The notes under the pieces are model-generated. The model did not search any database. It saw only the letters and a list, made by a program, of their open reading frames with translations, and had not been told where the DNA came from. Of a DNA stretch of 64,000 nt, positions 15,801 to 27,800 are shown piece after piece (position 1 is the stretch's first letter; every line of letters starts with the position of its first letter). The position numbers and the translations under genes were made by a program. Origin of the DNA: Phoronis australis (lineage: Eukaryota; Animalia; Phoronida); assembly GCA_002633005.1 (NCBI GenBank), contig NMRA01000006.1:1260442-1324441 (forward strand), written 5' to 3'.

Positions 15801-18800
15801 TTGATATGTAGAATTTCTGCTAAATTTTTTAATTGTGCAAATGTACCATAGAAGTCCTTCAAGGAATTTTGTCTTGGAGGAGACTAGCTAAGCTTCAATA
15901 AATTTTTGTTACTGATAATTTGTTAGAAAGAAATATAAATTTTGTTACTGATGGGAAATTTTTTGTGTTTTGGCAAAGTTCACTGCATTAAATGTTTCTC
16001 AACACCATTTATTTAAGGGCGGAAGCATTGCAAACTCTGCTGCAAGTGATGGCTGAGAAGGACATGTATGAGTATCATCAGAACAGTAAGAAGGGCCAGA
16101 ACATAGACTGGAGTCAGGACAAAGCCAGGGAGGTCCTGGAGGCGTGGCAGAGGAAGTTTGTCGAGGAAGTCCGCCTCGCTGGTAACAAAACTGACAAGGA
16201 TCACGTCTACCCGTTTTCATCTGTCTCACTTGTAGACATTCTACAGGAATTTTCACAGATCAGCATCATTCGTGTTGTCTTAGGATATGTTCTTATGGTG
16301 AGTGGAAAAAGTTTACGCGAGTTATAGGAATTTCTAGCAATATGATCAATGCTGTAAATTTACAGCGTGCGGCAAAGTAGGGATTGACAAAACTCACAAG
16401 GACACTGGAATGCTTGCTATCGACAATCTCACATTGACAAAACTCACAAGGATACTGGAATGCTTGCTATCGACAATCTCACATTGACAAAACTCACAAG
16501 GATACTGGAATGCTTGCTATCGACAATCTCACATTGGCAAAACAGTTGAATACACATCACCTATTTTTTTTCCTTTTCCAGCTTATTTATGCGTGTGTGT
16601 CATTACTGCGTTGGACGGACGCCATCAGGTCGCAGGCTGGCATTGGGCTGGCCGGAGTACTGTTAGTTGCCCTCTCTGTAGCTGCCGGTCTAGGATTCTG
16701 CTCTGTCATTCAAGTTTCATTCAACGCTTCCACTACACAGGTAGGCTGTTTATTGACTTCTTGGATGCTTTTGATTAGACCAGTCATAATCTGACTGCGT
16801 GTTGGATGAGAGCGTGAAAGGTTTAATCTGAAGAAATCTACTTGACTGTCTTTTGTGTTGTAGTTGAACTTTTGTTAAATGAGATGTGTTAACCAATTTT
16901 ATTTTGAACCTAAAAATTGATTTTACTTGCCACATTTTATTTTCTAGATTATTCCTTTCTTGGCTCTTGGACTTGGTGTTGATGACATGTTCTTGATAGC
17001 CCACTCCTTTGCTGAAAATTCTCTCAACCCCACAATACCTCATGAGGTAGGTAGCATATTTTTATGCATACCATGATTACATTCACAATATAAGGTATTA
17101 TGGTGACAATATAGTGCGGTAGAGTGATTGGTGCCCGCCAGGCATTCAACTGTCATTGAATATTCCAGCATTGTTGCCACCATGTTTATTTACAAGGTCT
17201 GGATGTAATGGATCTTTGTGAGTGTTCAAACCAGTCTTTTGTTCAGCATAGAACTCAGTTGAATGGATGGCGGATAATAGGTTACAGTGTAGTTTTTGTC
17301 TGGTCTATGGGTCTCAGTTTGTGGACTAATTCTGCCTGTTTATACCCCTCCATTATATAATCATCTTTAAGATGATCATTTAAGTGTTAGGAGATGCACA
17401 TTTGAGTGTGATTACGGATTATATTTCTTGGATGGTACTTACCCCTTGAAGCCCTACTTGTACTATATCGTATTATTTGTATAGAACCACCAACCAACCC
17501 TTTTAAAACATATGTGCCAATTTTATTGAAAAAACATACATAAATAATGTCCAATTTTGGCATATTAGTTAAAATTGACTTTTTGTGAGATGGATATTTG
17601 ATATATCAACATGAAAAAAAAAGTTGCTGAGTCGATAATTGCTCTTGGAGATGTTCCTATATTGTTGCACTTAGGTAGCTGTTTCAATGGCACAGTCATG
17701 CTCTATGTATGCATTATGTGCTGCATTGTCAATAGATTTCTTTTATTAATCATAAGGCCACTTACATATCCATACATTTGAACTACGTTTTGCTGTCGTA
17801 TCTTGAAATCCAAAAACATGTATTTAGTCAAATTTTGTACATCCTTCTCTTGTTATGTGCTGCATAACTTAGCTTGTGTTCGTGAGTTTTTGTAGCATAT
17901 ATTGGTGATACTACACTCACTAGTTTACACTCAGTCCATCAACACCTGCCAATGGCTGTCTCCTCTTGGCACTTGTTATTGTTACAAGGAGCCTGCTGCC
18001 TCCAAGGTCATGCCCCCACTGGTGATAATGTTAGGCCACTGGTCACTATATTGCACATGTTACACCAGGAACCAGGAACAAGTGGTGCACTAGTGGAACA
18101 ATGTGGGTCATTCACAAAACAGTCCCGGACTCCCCATACACTAAGAATGTACTGAATAGTATTGATAGATATCATCTCTATATATCTGGTGATGCAATTC
18201 AGTCATTTATATTTTTGAGCAATTAGGAAGTAACGAAACATCTATTTAGTGAGTAGAGAACTCTTTGATTAAGATTTATTAAAAGGAGTTTAGCACAAGC
18301 GATGACCCATTGCAGGGGTGATGTGGCAGTATGCCTGTTAGGGCTGTGGTAGGTTTAGCTTGATATCTGCGATTGATTTGTTGTCTGAGAAAGGTGTTGA
18401 AATAGGTATAATGTTACTGGAGGGCAGTGTTACCTGATGGATGTAACCCACCCGAGGCATCAGAGGTCAGGGGCATAATGGGAACTGGGACCATGTGGCA
18501 ATGTAATTACACCAGTTACTTAGATAATAATGTCATGTAGGTGAATTCTTACAAGCGCAGAATATCATTTGGTCTTTAAATACGATTAAAGCATTGTCTG
18601 TGGCTTTGTGCCAGCACTCGTGGCTGCCCGTACTGAGTGCCACTCAGCAGACGACCATTCACAATCTGCAAGTGTTTCTAACAAGCTCGGTTATTAATAT
18701 GCTGTCAGCCCCGATCAGACTGTTTTCATTCAAAATATGAGCCTGTTGACATGGTCGCTGACAGTTGGTGCTTTACATTTAGCCAACCAGTTATCCATTT

Positions 18801-21800
18801 CCTTGGCTCCCAATCTACCCTAATCTAATCAGACGATCATTTTTTTCCTCTGCTGCCTGCCCAGAATTGGCTTATGTTATAGTAAGTATGTCATGTGACC
18901 ATGTGCCTATGTACCCATCCCATGGTTGTGTGTTACTGTCTCATGCCATGCTGGCTCTGTCAATGAAGTCGTGTTTTATGACACGCTTTTTTGGTCTTGT
19001 TTTGTTGGTGTTGTACCTCTTGTCCCTGTTTGCTGGAAAATGGATTCTTGAAATTATTTTTAAACAAAATTGGTTGTTTCAGTAAGTTTATCAGGAGTTA
19101 GTTGGGGTGTTCACTGTTTGCCTCCTTGAGCCTTCACAAGTGTTTAGACTGCCAAATGTTTAAGACTTAATCTCCTGTAACCTGAGTGGGCAAGTTGTTT
19201 AAAATTCTTTTGCCTTTTGGTGCTGTGTACAAGGAATTAGATTTTAATATCTGCTGTGTACTTTTTCTTAACTCTTGACATTGTCCACAGTAGATAAGTA
19301 TATATAAATATACATATGTATGTATACTGTCGGGGTAATAGTCGGATATAACATGCCTGAATTTTGAGAACCAATTTTCTCCACTGAATAACGGGCATCA
19401 AACTGGTTCTCAAAATACAGGCATGTTATATCTGGCTATTGCCTACTGTCAGTGTCGGAGAGAGGGGATAGGGAGTGTTTGTGTGTTTGTGAGTGTATAA
19501 AGTTTTTGTTATTTTTCTTTTTTCACGGAAATAGAATTTTTTTGAATATCTACACCAGGATAGGTACAGTGACCTGAGCACACCATTTATGATGTGTTTT
19601 TGATCTAACCCTGGTCTTTCCTGCTTTTGGTAAGGCGTTGAAAGCTGGTGACATTAGAGATTAGGGGATTAGACAACAGCATGGGTCTGTTTGTTAAACA
19701 TAATGGAGCCAAAAGGTTTGGCTAACTTCCCACTACTTTACTGCTCCATGTTGTTTGTTTTCTTTCTCCTTTGTTTTCGTTAAATCATTATTCTAGTGTT
19801 GGTGTCTGCTCAGTTTTGCCAAAACTTTCCACTTGGACATATTTGATGCATTTTGTCACAGTTTTTTTTTCAAAATCTGACATTTATAAAGTAATTTTTG
19901 TTCTAGCAACTGTTGTATGGCCCTGTTTCCAATGTTTTCAGTTACAAGTTGCTGAGGCTCTCAAGCGAACTGGAGTCAGTGTCTTACTGACTTCCCTCAG
20001 CAACATGGCCGCCTTCTTCATGGCTGCTATCATTCCCATTCCAGCTCTACGCGCCTTCACATTACAGGTTTGTATTCTCATTTGTCATTGGCTGGGACGT
20101 AGTGGTCTATGAATGCTTTTGCAAGAAAAAACAAAATGCTTTGTGGTGCTTTTTAAGTAAAAAAAATGTTAATGGGCAAATTAGCGAAACACGGTTACCA
20201 TACTTGCTTTTTGACACCAATGAAAATTGGTAAATAAGGAGATCAAGGGCACAAAAGTGAATTTTGATTTTAATATTTTAATCTACAAATTAATCAATTG
20301 ATCAGCATCTACAGATTATTAGTCAATAATAATTATCAAAAATTCTCTGGTGTCCCAAAAAGCATGTTACACTTACATTTGAGTCTGCGAATATTTTTGA
20401 GTGACAGTTGCTCGTGTTCTATTAATCAAGGCATGCTGCCACCCACGTGTCAAGAATGTGTTTAAAAATCCGGCATTATTAATAATAACGGCTAATAACG
20501 CTCTGTCTTTGTTATGGTAACAAAGAATTTCATTATTCTATGCTCTGAATTTGCCTGAGGATAAAAGAACTTCAACTCTTTGGTTTTTAGCTTGCATCAA
20601 AATGGCTTAAATACACTATTCAAATATTTTTCTTACTTGTGCGTTTTTTGTTGGGTAGTGTTTGGAGTAAAATACTCTGCATGTCAACCATCAGGGTTTG
20701 TTTATATCTGACCTTTCCCTGCACACTTCTGTGTTTTAAATGTAAACAAAGCCTGTAAAGGAATCCTTACCTTAAACCTCTGGTTGGTCTTCCATAAGAA
20801 ACTTGAACAGGAAGTCAGCCATCTTGTATCTGTGGGTGGTCTCCCTGATACTGACAGACTGACTAGGTGCCATCTTTGTCACTTGAATGGCATTCCTGAG
20901 GAAGTGCTTTTGTTACCCTAGTTTTCTAACAAAATATGGCCATATTTTACTTGTCATGTTATGAATCTTTCTTGAACTGAGTGCTCTATCACTGAGCTGT
21001 TTTCAATTGAAAAACGAACTTAGCTTTTGAATTTGTTGTTATAACAAATTTCATTATAATTTGACACTTGGTGTCCACATCAGCTTGTTAATTCTAAGGA
21101 TTGAACTTAAGGCTCAAGATGTGACAGAAAATTTTGCCTTGCGCAAACTGTTGTCACTTTACTGAAATGAATATCCATGATGATTTTTTTGTCCTACAGG
21201 CAGTCATTTTGAAAATATTATCTTCTGTTCATTTGCAGTGGGTAGTCATGCTGATCATGTTTGTCTTACAGGCAGCCATTTTGATTATCTTCAACTTGGT
21301 GACAGTACTAATCGTTTTCCCAGCAATTGTCAGTTTGGATTTGTATCGAAGACAAGAGAAGAGGGTTGACGTCCTGTGCTGTTTCACTGGGTATGCTCCT
21401 ATACATATACATATTTTCATACTATATGACTCTTTTCATTACTTTGAATTGAAATGGGTAGTAGTTTCTTTATTACTGCGAGCATTGCATAAAAGTATTT
21501 GTTTTATAAAACGATGGCACAATTTTTCAAATTTTATCTTGGTCTTTTCCAGGTCTGTAAGTGACTCTGTCATGCAGCTGCAGCCAGACAGGGAGTTGTC
21601 TCCTCCTCCTAGCTATCGCGAGACCAGTCCACCTCCGTACAGCATGCACAATACTATCACTCGCACCACCTCCGATGGTCAAAACACAGTGACTGTCCTC
21701 GCTCCAGTTGATTTGGAAACTGGTCAACAGGTGGCATCAGCTGACATAGTGTCATCGTTACCCCCGTCTGCCACGTCGTCCAGACAATGTCTAGCTCCTA

Positions 21801-24800
21801 ATGATGGGCCAACGTGTCGAGAGCGTTGTGCCCAGACACAGCGGGAGTGCTGCAGTTTTTCACTCACATGGTTCGCTCGCAATGTCTACGGGCCACTGAT
21901 TGCAAAGGCTCCGGTAAAGGTATGTCCTACTCTCTGCATGTCATGGCTGCCAGTCACGAGGTGCAGTAAATGTTTTCATTTTTGTCTTGTGACTTAGCTC
22001 AGTACAACCTTGCTATCCTGATTGGTTAATGATTCCCTTTAACTTGAAGTACAATGGTGCCAGACATAAATGAGTAACACATTTTACATTTGACCTCAAG
22101 TTCAAAGGTGGGAACCTTGACATTAAAGCACTTAAGATTTTATAATAATACTGTATGGACTTAGTCACATTAAGAACACTAGAAACGACAAGATTTAAAA
22201 ATTCTTATGTATGCTGGGCCAGGATGATAATTGATTAACTCAGTTCAGAAAATGTTCAAATACACTGCCACGTGGCACATGTAACAAATGGTGTTAGAAA
22301 TTAGTGAATGTGGTCAGAAAATGACCCAATACTCTTACTCAGTGGAGGTTCACTCAGCTTATATCCTGCTTTGTCGGGATTGAATGTCGAGATCCTGTAC
22401 CATCAAAGACCTTGCTATTCCCACAGGTGGTCATCGTTGTCATGTTTGCTTCCCTCCTTGGCTTGGGTATCTGGGGTACCACCCAGGTGCATGATGGTCT
22501 AGATCTGACTGACGTGGTCCCTAGGGAGACTGAAGAGTACCATTTCCTGGAAACGCAGACCAAGTACTTTGGGTTCTACAACATGTACATCGTGACGCAG
22601 GTCAGTTGAAGGTTGTGTAGAATGGGAAGATAGTGCATACTTGTAGTGACAGTTGAAGGTAGTGTAGGATGGGAAGATAGTGCATGCTTGTAGTGACAGT
22701 TGAAGGTGGTGTAGAGTGGGAAGATAGTGCATACTTGTAGTGACAGTTGAAGGTAGTGTAGGATGCGAAGATAGTGCATACTTGTAGTGACATGTGTATC
22801 TTGAAGCTGGAGAATGATGGATCTACCTGCTTGTCAGGAGTTCCATGGTGGATAGCTGATAAATATTCAGTATTGAAATCTACTATCGGTGAAAACACCG
22901 CTGCTTGCTAATGACTTCATTAAATAGCCAATTGCCAATTTACATGTAATAGATGATGTATATGACATTGTAATTACCAATTTCTTGTTAACTTTGTCAT
23001 ATTTCATATTGCAGGAGGACTTTGAGTACCCACGTCAGCAGAAGTTACTGCATGAGTTCCATGGCGAGTTCCGAAAAGTGAAGAGGATAATTAAGAAAAA
23101 TGATGGAACTCTGGGTGATTTCTGGTTGGAACTCTTCCGTCAATGGTTGTACGGTAATACATAATTAGTCTTTTTCAAGTTTGAGAGATTTAGGATTGTC
23201 AAACTAATTCTTATGAAATAAAGCCATTCTTTTCTTTCGTTCGAGAACATTAAAACAATATATTAGGAATTAAAAATGTTATTGGCTCTGATTGCTGGTG
23301 CCTCGGTCTATGCTTTAAAAACTGAAAATGTGGACTCTATATTCTAATTGGCTCATCCGGATGAGAAAAAACTTTGTGAAGTCTGCTAAGAGCTGCGGTC
23401 ACTGCTTCACTGTGAAGGTCGGCCAGTGTATAGTGAGCAGCCCTCCTTTCAGTTATAACAAGCTAAAATAATTGTATAAAAATAATGAATGAAGTAGCAA
23501 TTATTTATTTTCATACTATTGTAGCGTGAATGTAGTGGTCATATGCTGACTGAGATATTGCTCTTACTTAAGTGTATGTCACTGAAAGTATGTCAGCAGG
23601 CAGAGAAAACTGTGGGCAAATTTTGCCTCCTTTAAATAAGGAAATGATGTCTACGTTTTAGTATCGATCGTTATATTTTCGAGTCCAAAACTGAATTAAA
23701 TCTTGGAATTAACAAACCCTTAATTTAGTCGACCAGTATATGACTGAACGCCAGTATATGACTGAACGCCAGTATATGACTGAACGCTAGTATATGACTG
23801 AACGCCAGTATATGACTGAACGCCAGTATATGACTGAATGCCAGTATATGACTGAATGCCATGTTTATGTAGCCATGTACCGAAGGCACTGTAGGTGATA
23901 CAGCCCTTAAGTGCATGAAAATTTAACACATCATAGATGAAACTAGTTAAGCACCATCTTATAATTTTGGTTCAGTGATGGTATCAGCCTTCAGTGGGCA
24001 TCAGTATCAAGTTGTCAGTAGCAGTATCGTGTCAATTTTCAAATTCTGGTAGTCAAACCTAACTTTTGAATATTACTTCTGGCAGGGTTGATTTAATTCT
24101 TTTTACAGTATCTGCTTCTTCACAATTTTGCAAGTCACAGGTTAAAGTATAAAACCGTCTGGCTCTAATTATTAACTACAATGTGACTCTTGTGATTAGA
24201 TGTATACAAAATGACCTGAAGTCAAAGTAATTGACCGCCATTGAGTCTCTTGAATGTCTGCCATCTTTGTCATGGACCAATAATTGAATCCTTAATCAAT
24301 GATGTCCAGAGGCTGTTGAGTCTAGACCTTATGTGAAGTTAGTGTTATGAAACTTCACTTAATGCACAGACCACACTGAAATTGCTTACAATACTATTTG
24401 CCACTCTTCTTTGAAAGAATTATATCGAAATTAATCCCTGTTAAAACTTTTTACTTCAGTTATAACTATTAATCAGGCGTTATACCTCCTGGACCTGAAT
24501 TAGTTTATGAAAATAAATTAATTGAAAGAGAAGGATGCTCCTGTTGTCTCTTAATGAATAAGTAGGTCAACTCATTAACATAACATGGGTGATGCATTGT
24601 TTTGCTTCAGTGTGAACAATTCTTATTTCAGATATGCAGTCGGCTTTTGACAAGGACTGGACAGCGGGTGCCATAGAATCTAGTGGTTGGCACAGTAACG
24701 CCAGTGCTGACGGTATCCTCGGTTACAAGCTGATGGTACAGACAGGTGACAGCGATCGTCCTGTGAGCACGGCTCAGGTGGGAAAAGTGAGGCTGGTAGA

Positions 24801-27800
24801 TGAGGAGGGAATCATCAACCCCAATGCCTTCTATTACTACCTGACTGCCTGGGCGTCCAACGATGCAATCGCTTACGCTGCCTCCCTTGCGAACATTGTC
24901 CCATTGCCTCGCCAGTGGATTCATGACCCTCAAGAGAAGAATCTGTTGAGTACGTGAATGTTTGTTATGAGTTATTGATATTTTTCAAGGACTGTAATTT
25001 ATGATGGTAGTACTAACTTTGCCAAGTGGTATTCGAACAACAAAGTTATTGCTTTGACAAAATCTTCATAAGTAAATTTTAAGCAGTAAACTTCTACCCA
25101 GACTACGTTTAGTACACCAATTAAAGTGCCAGTATGCCAGATATGTATGTGTATACCTATACATATACAGTACTTATGGCAAGTTGTGGGGGGTGGTCTT
25201 TTATGTAAAAAATAAGTTGACACAAACACGTGACATTTTATCTTTATGTCTCCGTTACAGTTCCCAAGTCCCAAAAAATCACGTATGCCCAGATTCCGTT
25301 CTACCTCAACAACATGGTGGACACTGAACAGATTACAGAGGCCATCATCCAGGTCCGTGACATCTGTGATGAGTACGTGGGCCGACGCCTGCCCACCTAC
25401 CCGCAAGGTATCCCCTTCACTTTCTGGGAGCAGTATATTGGTCTGCGCTTCCACCTAATGCTGGCTCTGATCTGCGTACTCTTTGTCACGTTTCTAGTCA
25501 TCACCATCATCCTCGTCAACCCATGGGCGGCCATTATTGTGGTGAGTTTGATATCATGCAAAATGCTATCAATCATCTGTGTTATTATCGTGTATATTTT
25601 TCAACTCTAATTTTCTTTTGTCAAAGTTATCTTCATAAGGCTTAATGTACTCATCAGAGCACTTGAATGCCAGCACTTGAATTTTCAATGCTTTCTCATT
25701 TTGGTTTAGTGTATTGAAGACTTTAGTTTTAATGCTCTTATCAGTGTGTCATTGAGATATTCGTGTCTTTGTAGTATATAAACTTATGAACATCTTTAAG
25801 TAGGAGAGTCGTGAGTGTTAAACACGGTTTCTTTCGTACCCTGTAGACGGCGCTACTAGCCATGATGGTTGTAGAATTGTTTGGCTTCATGGGTCTGACT
25901 GGCATCAAGCTGAGTGCTGTTCCTGCTGTAATCCTCATTGTCTCTGTTGGAATAGGAGTCGAGTTCACTGTGCATGTCTGTGTGGTGAGTACTCTGCTTT
26001 TATATACTGTGGATTTGAATGTATCAGTTGTTGTGACTTCTGGATAACAAATTATTTATTACATGGGCAGCCTTGTGGTGCTCTTCCTAATGCCATCCAG
26101 TTCATAACAAGAAAAGTGCGCTTGTTATCCGACTATCATACTTATCTTAGTTTTCTTCCGTTTCCAGTCTTGACATTCATCTTGAACATTGCACATTGTT
26201 CATACCTTGTGGAACTCTGCGTGACGGTGTTGTTGATCAAGGTTAAGTTTTGAAGAAAATAGGAATGGTAATTTTCCAAGATAAATTGTTTTGTAGGTTT
26301 AAAATTCGTTAAATTTATGCCATGTCTTCAACTTTGCCCTTTCTCCGCAGGGTTTCATCACTGCCATCGGGAGTCGTGACCGACGAATGCAAATGACACT
26401 GGAGCACATGTTTGCTCCAGTCATTCATGGCGCTGTCTCAACCCTGTTAGGTGTGATCATGTTGGTGGACTCTGACTTTGACTTCATTGTCAGGTAAGAG
26501 TCTTATTAAAACCCTTCATAGTCAGTAGAGTAACTTCAGAGCTTACGTTATGCAATCGTTTAGACCTTCTTTTAATGGAGAGGTGCTACTGTAGGTTTAC
26601 ACATTGTTGTAGACTGAGCAAAAAGATTAGGAGACTTCAAAAACTAAATAGCAATCTTCATTAAAAACGTGGTTAAAGGATTCTTTGTGTAATATTTGTG
26701 GGATGGAATTCATTCATACAATTCAAGTATGCCTGAATATGGTTGAGTTGCCAATTAAGTAGTGAGCTTTCTAACTATGAACTGTTCACTATGCGACTGG
26801 TTGATGAGTTAGGTGTGTTAGTTAGTGTTCTCATTGAGGGATACCATTGTCCTTGCTAACTATGAACTGTTCACTATGCGACTGCTTGATGAGTTAGGTG
26901 TGTTAGTTAGTGTTCTCATTGAGGGCTACCATTGTCCTTGCTAACTATGAACTGTTCACTATGCGACTGCTTGATGAGTTAGGTGTGTTAGTTAGTGTTC
27001 TCATTGTCCTTGCAATGTTGAGAAATGGCAGTAGTAGGTTACCTTTACTGATAGCTCTATGCACTTATCAATCCTACAGATTGCTTTGGTGTGGCTTGTC
27101 TAAACACAACTTGGGATCACACTGCTTCCCATGTTTATTTTTATTGGTTGCTATTCATTAATTCACAAATTCATAACATACTGCATTTCCCTGGTCCTCA
27201 TGCATTGAGTTCTCCATTGTTTGCCTGTCCTTCCATTGTACTGCCAAGTAGTACTGTTGAGTGCCGGACACCTGACACTGTCCCTGCCCCAGGGGGAATG
27301 GCTCTTTGTTCAGCCTCACATGTTGGCTCTTTCAAGTGGTGGTCTTGAAAGTGATTGCTATCCACTCATCTCTATTGGCTTGTGAGTCGGCTTTATGCAG
27401 AGAACAAAGGGGCGGTGATAGCAGTATGACGGGTGGTACACCTCAATGGCGTGCTGACGAATCAATAAAATGATGTCACTAGAGATGGCTAATTTTAACA
27501 ATGGGATTGTGCCATGAGGATCCTTGGAGTGTCCGTTCTGTATCCCCAGCTAGGGACCCATCTCTTTTGAATTCTATGTATATTTGGTGTTAGTCTATTT
27601 AAGAAGAGGACCATTCAATCCCAGTCTTAGAGGGAGAGAGAGTTGAATGGGCAGAGAGTTTTTTTAAATTACACAAAACAACTGAACTACATGTTAGGAA
27701 TCAACCATTGGGGTTTATTTTCATATGGTTTCTGAGTTGATTCCATTTCACTGGCTTTGTTTATTGTCGGTTTGCTAGTATTAACTTAATTGGTGCTACA

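Noticed and set aside
22576-23929. Repetitive ORFs (MHYLP..., QSYTGV..., FSHILA...)
   Set aside because: Translations of the 47-bp and 18-bp minisatellites.
24600-24631. Upstream alternative acceptor (24610) for the patched exon at 24632
   Set aside because: It would introduce an immediate in-frame TGA.
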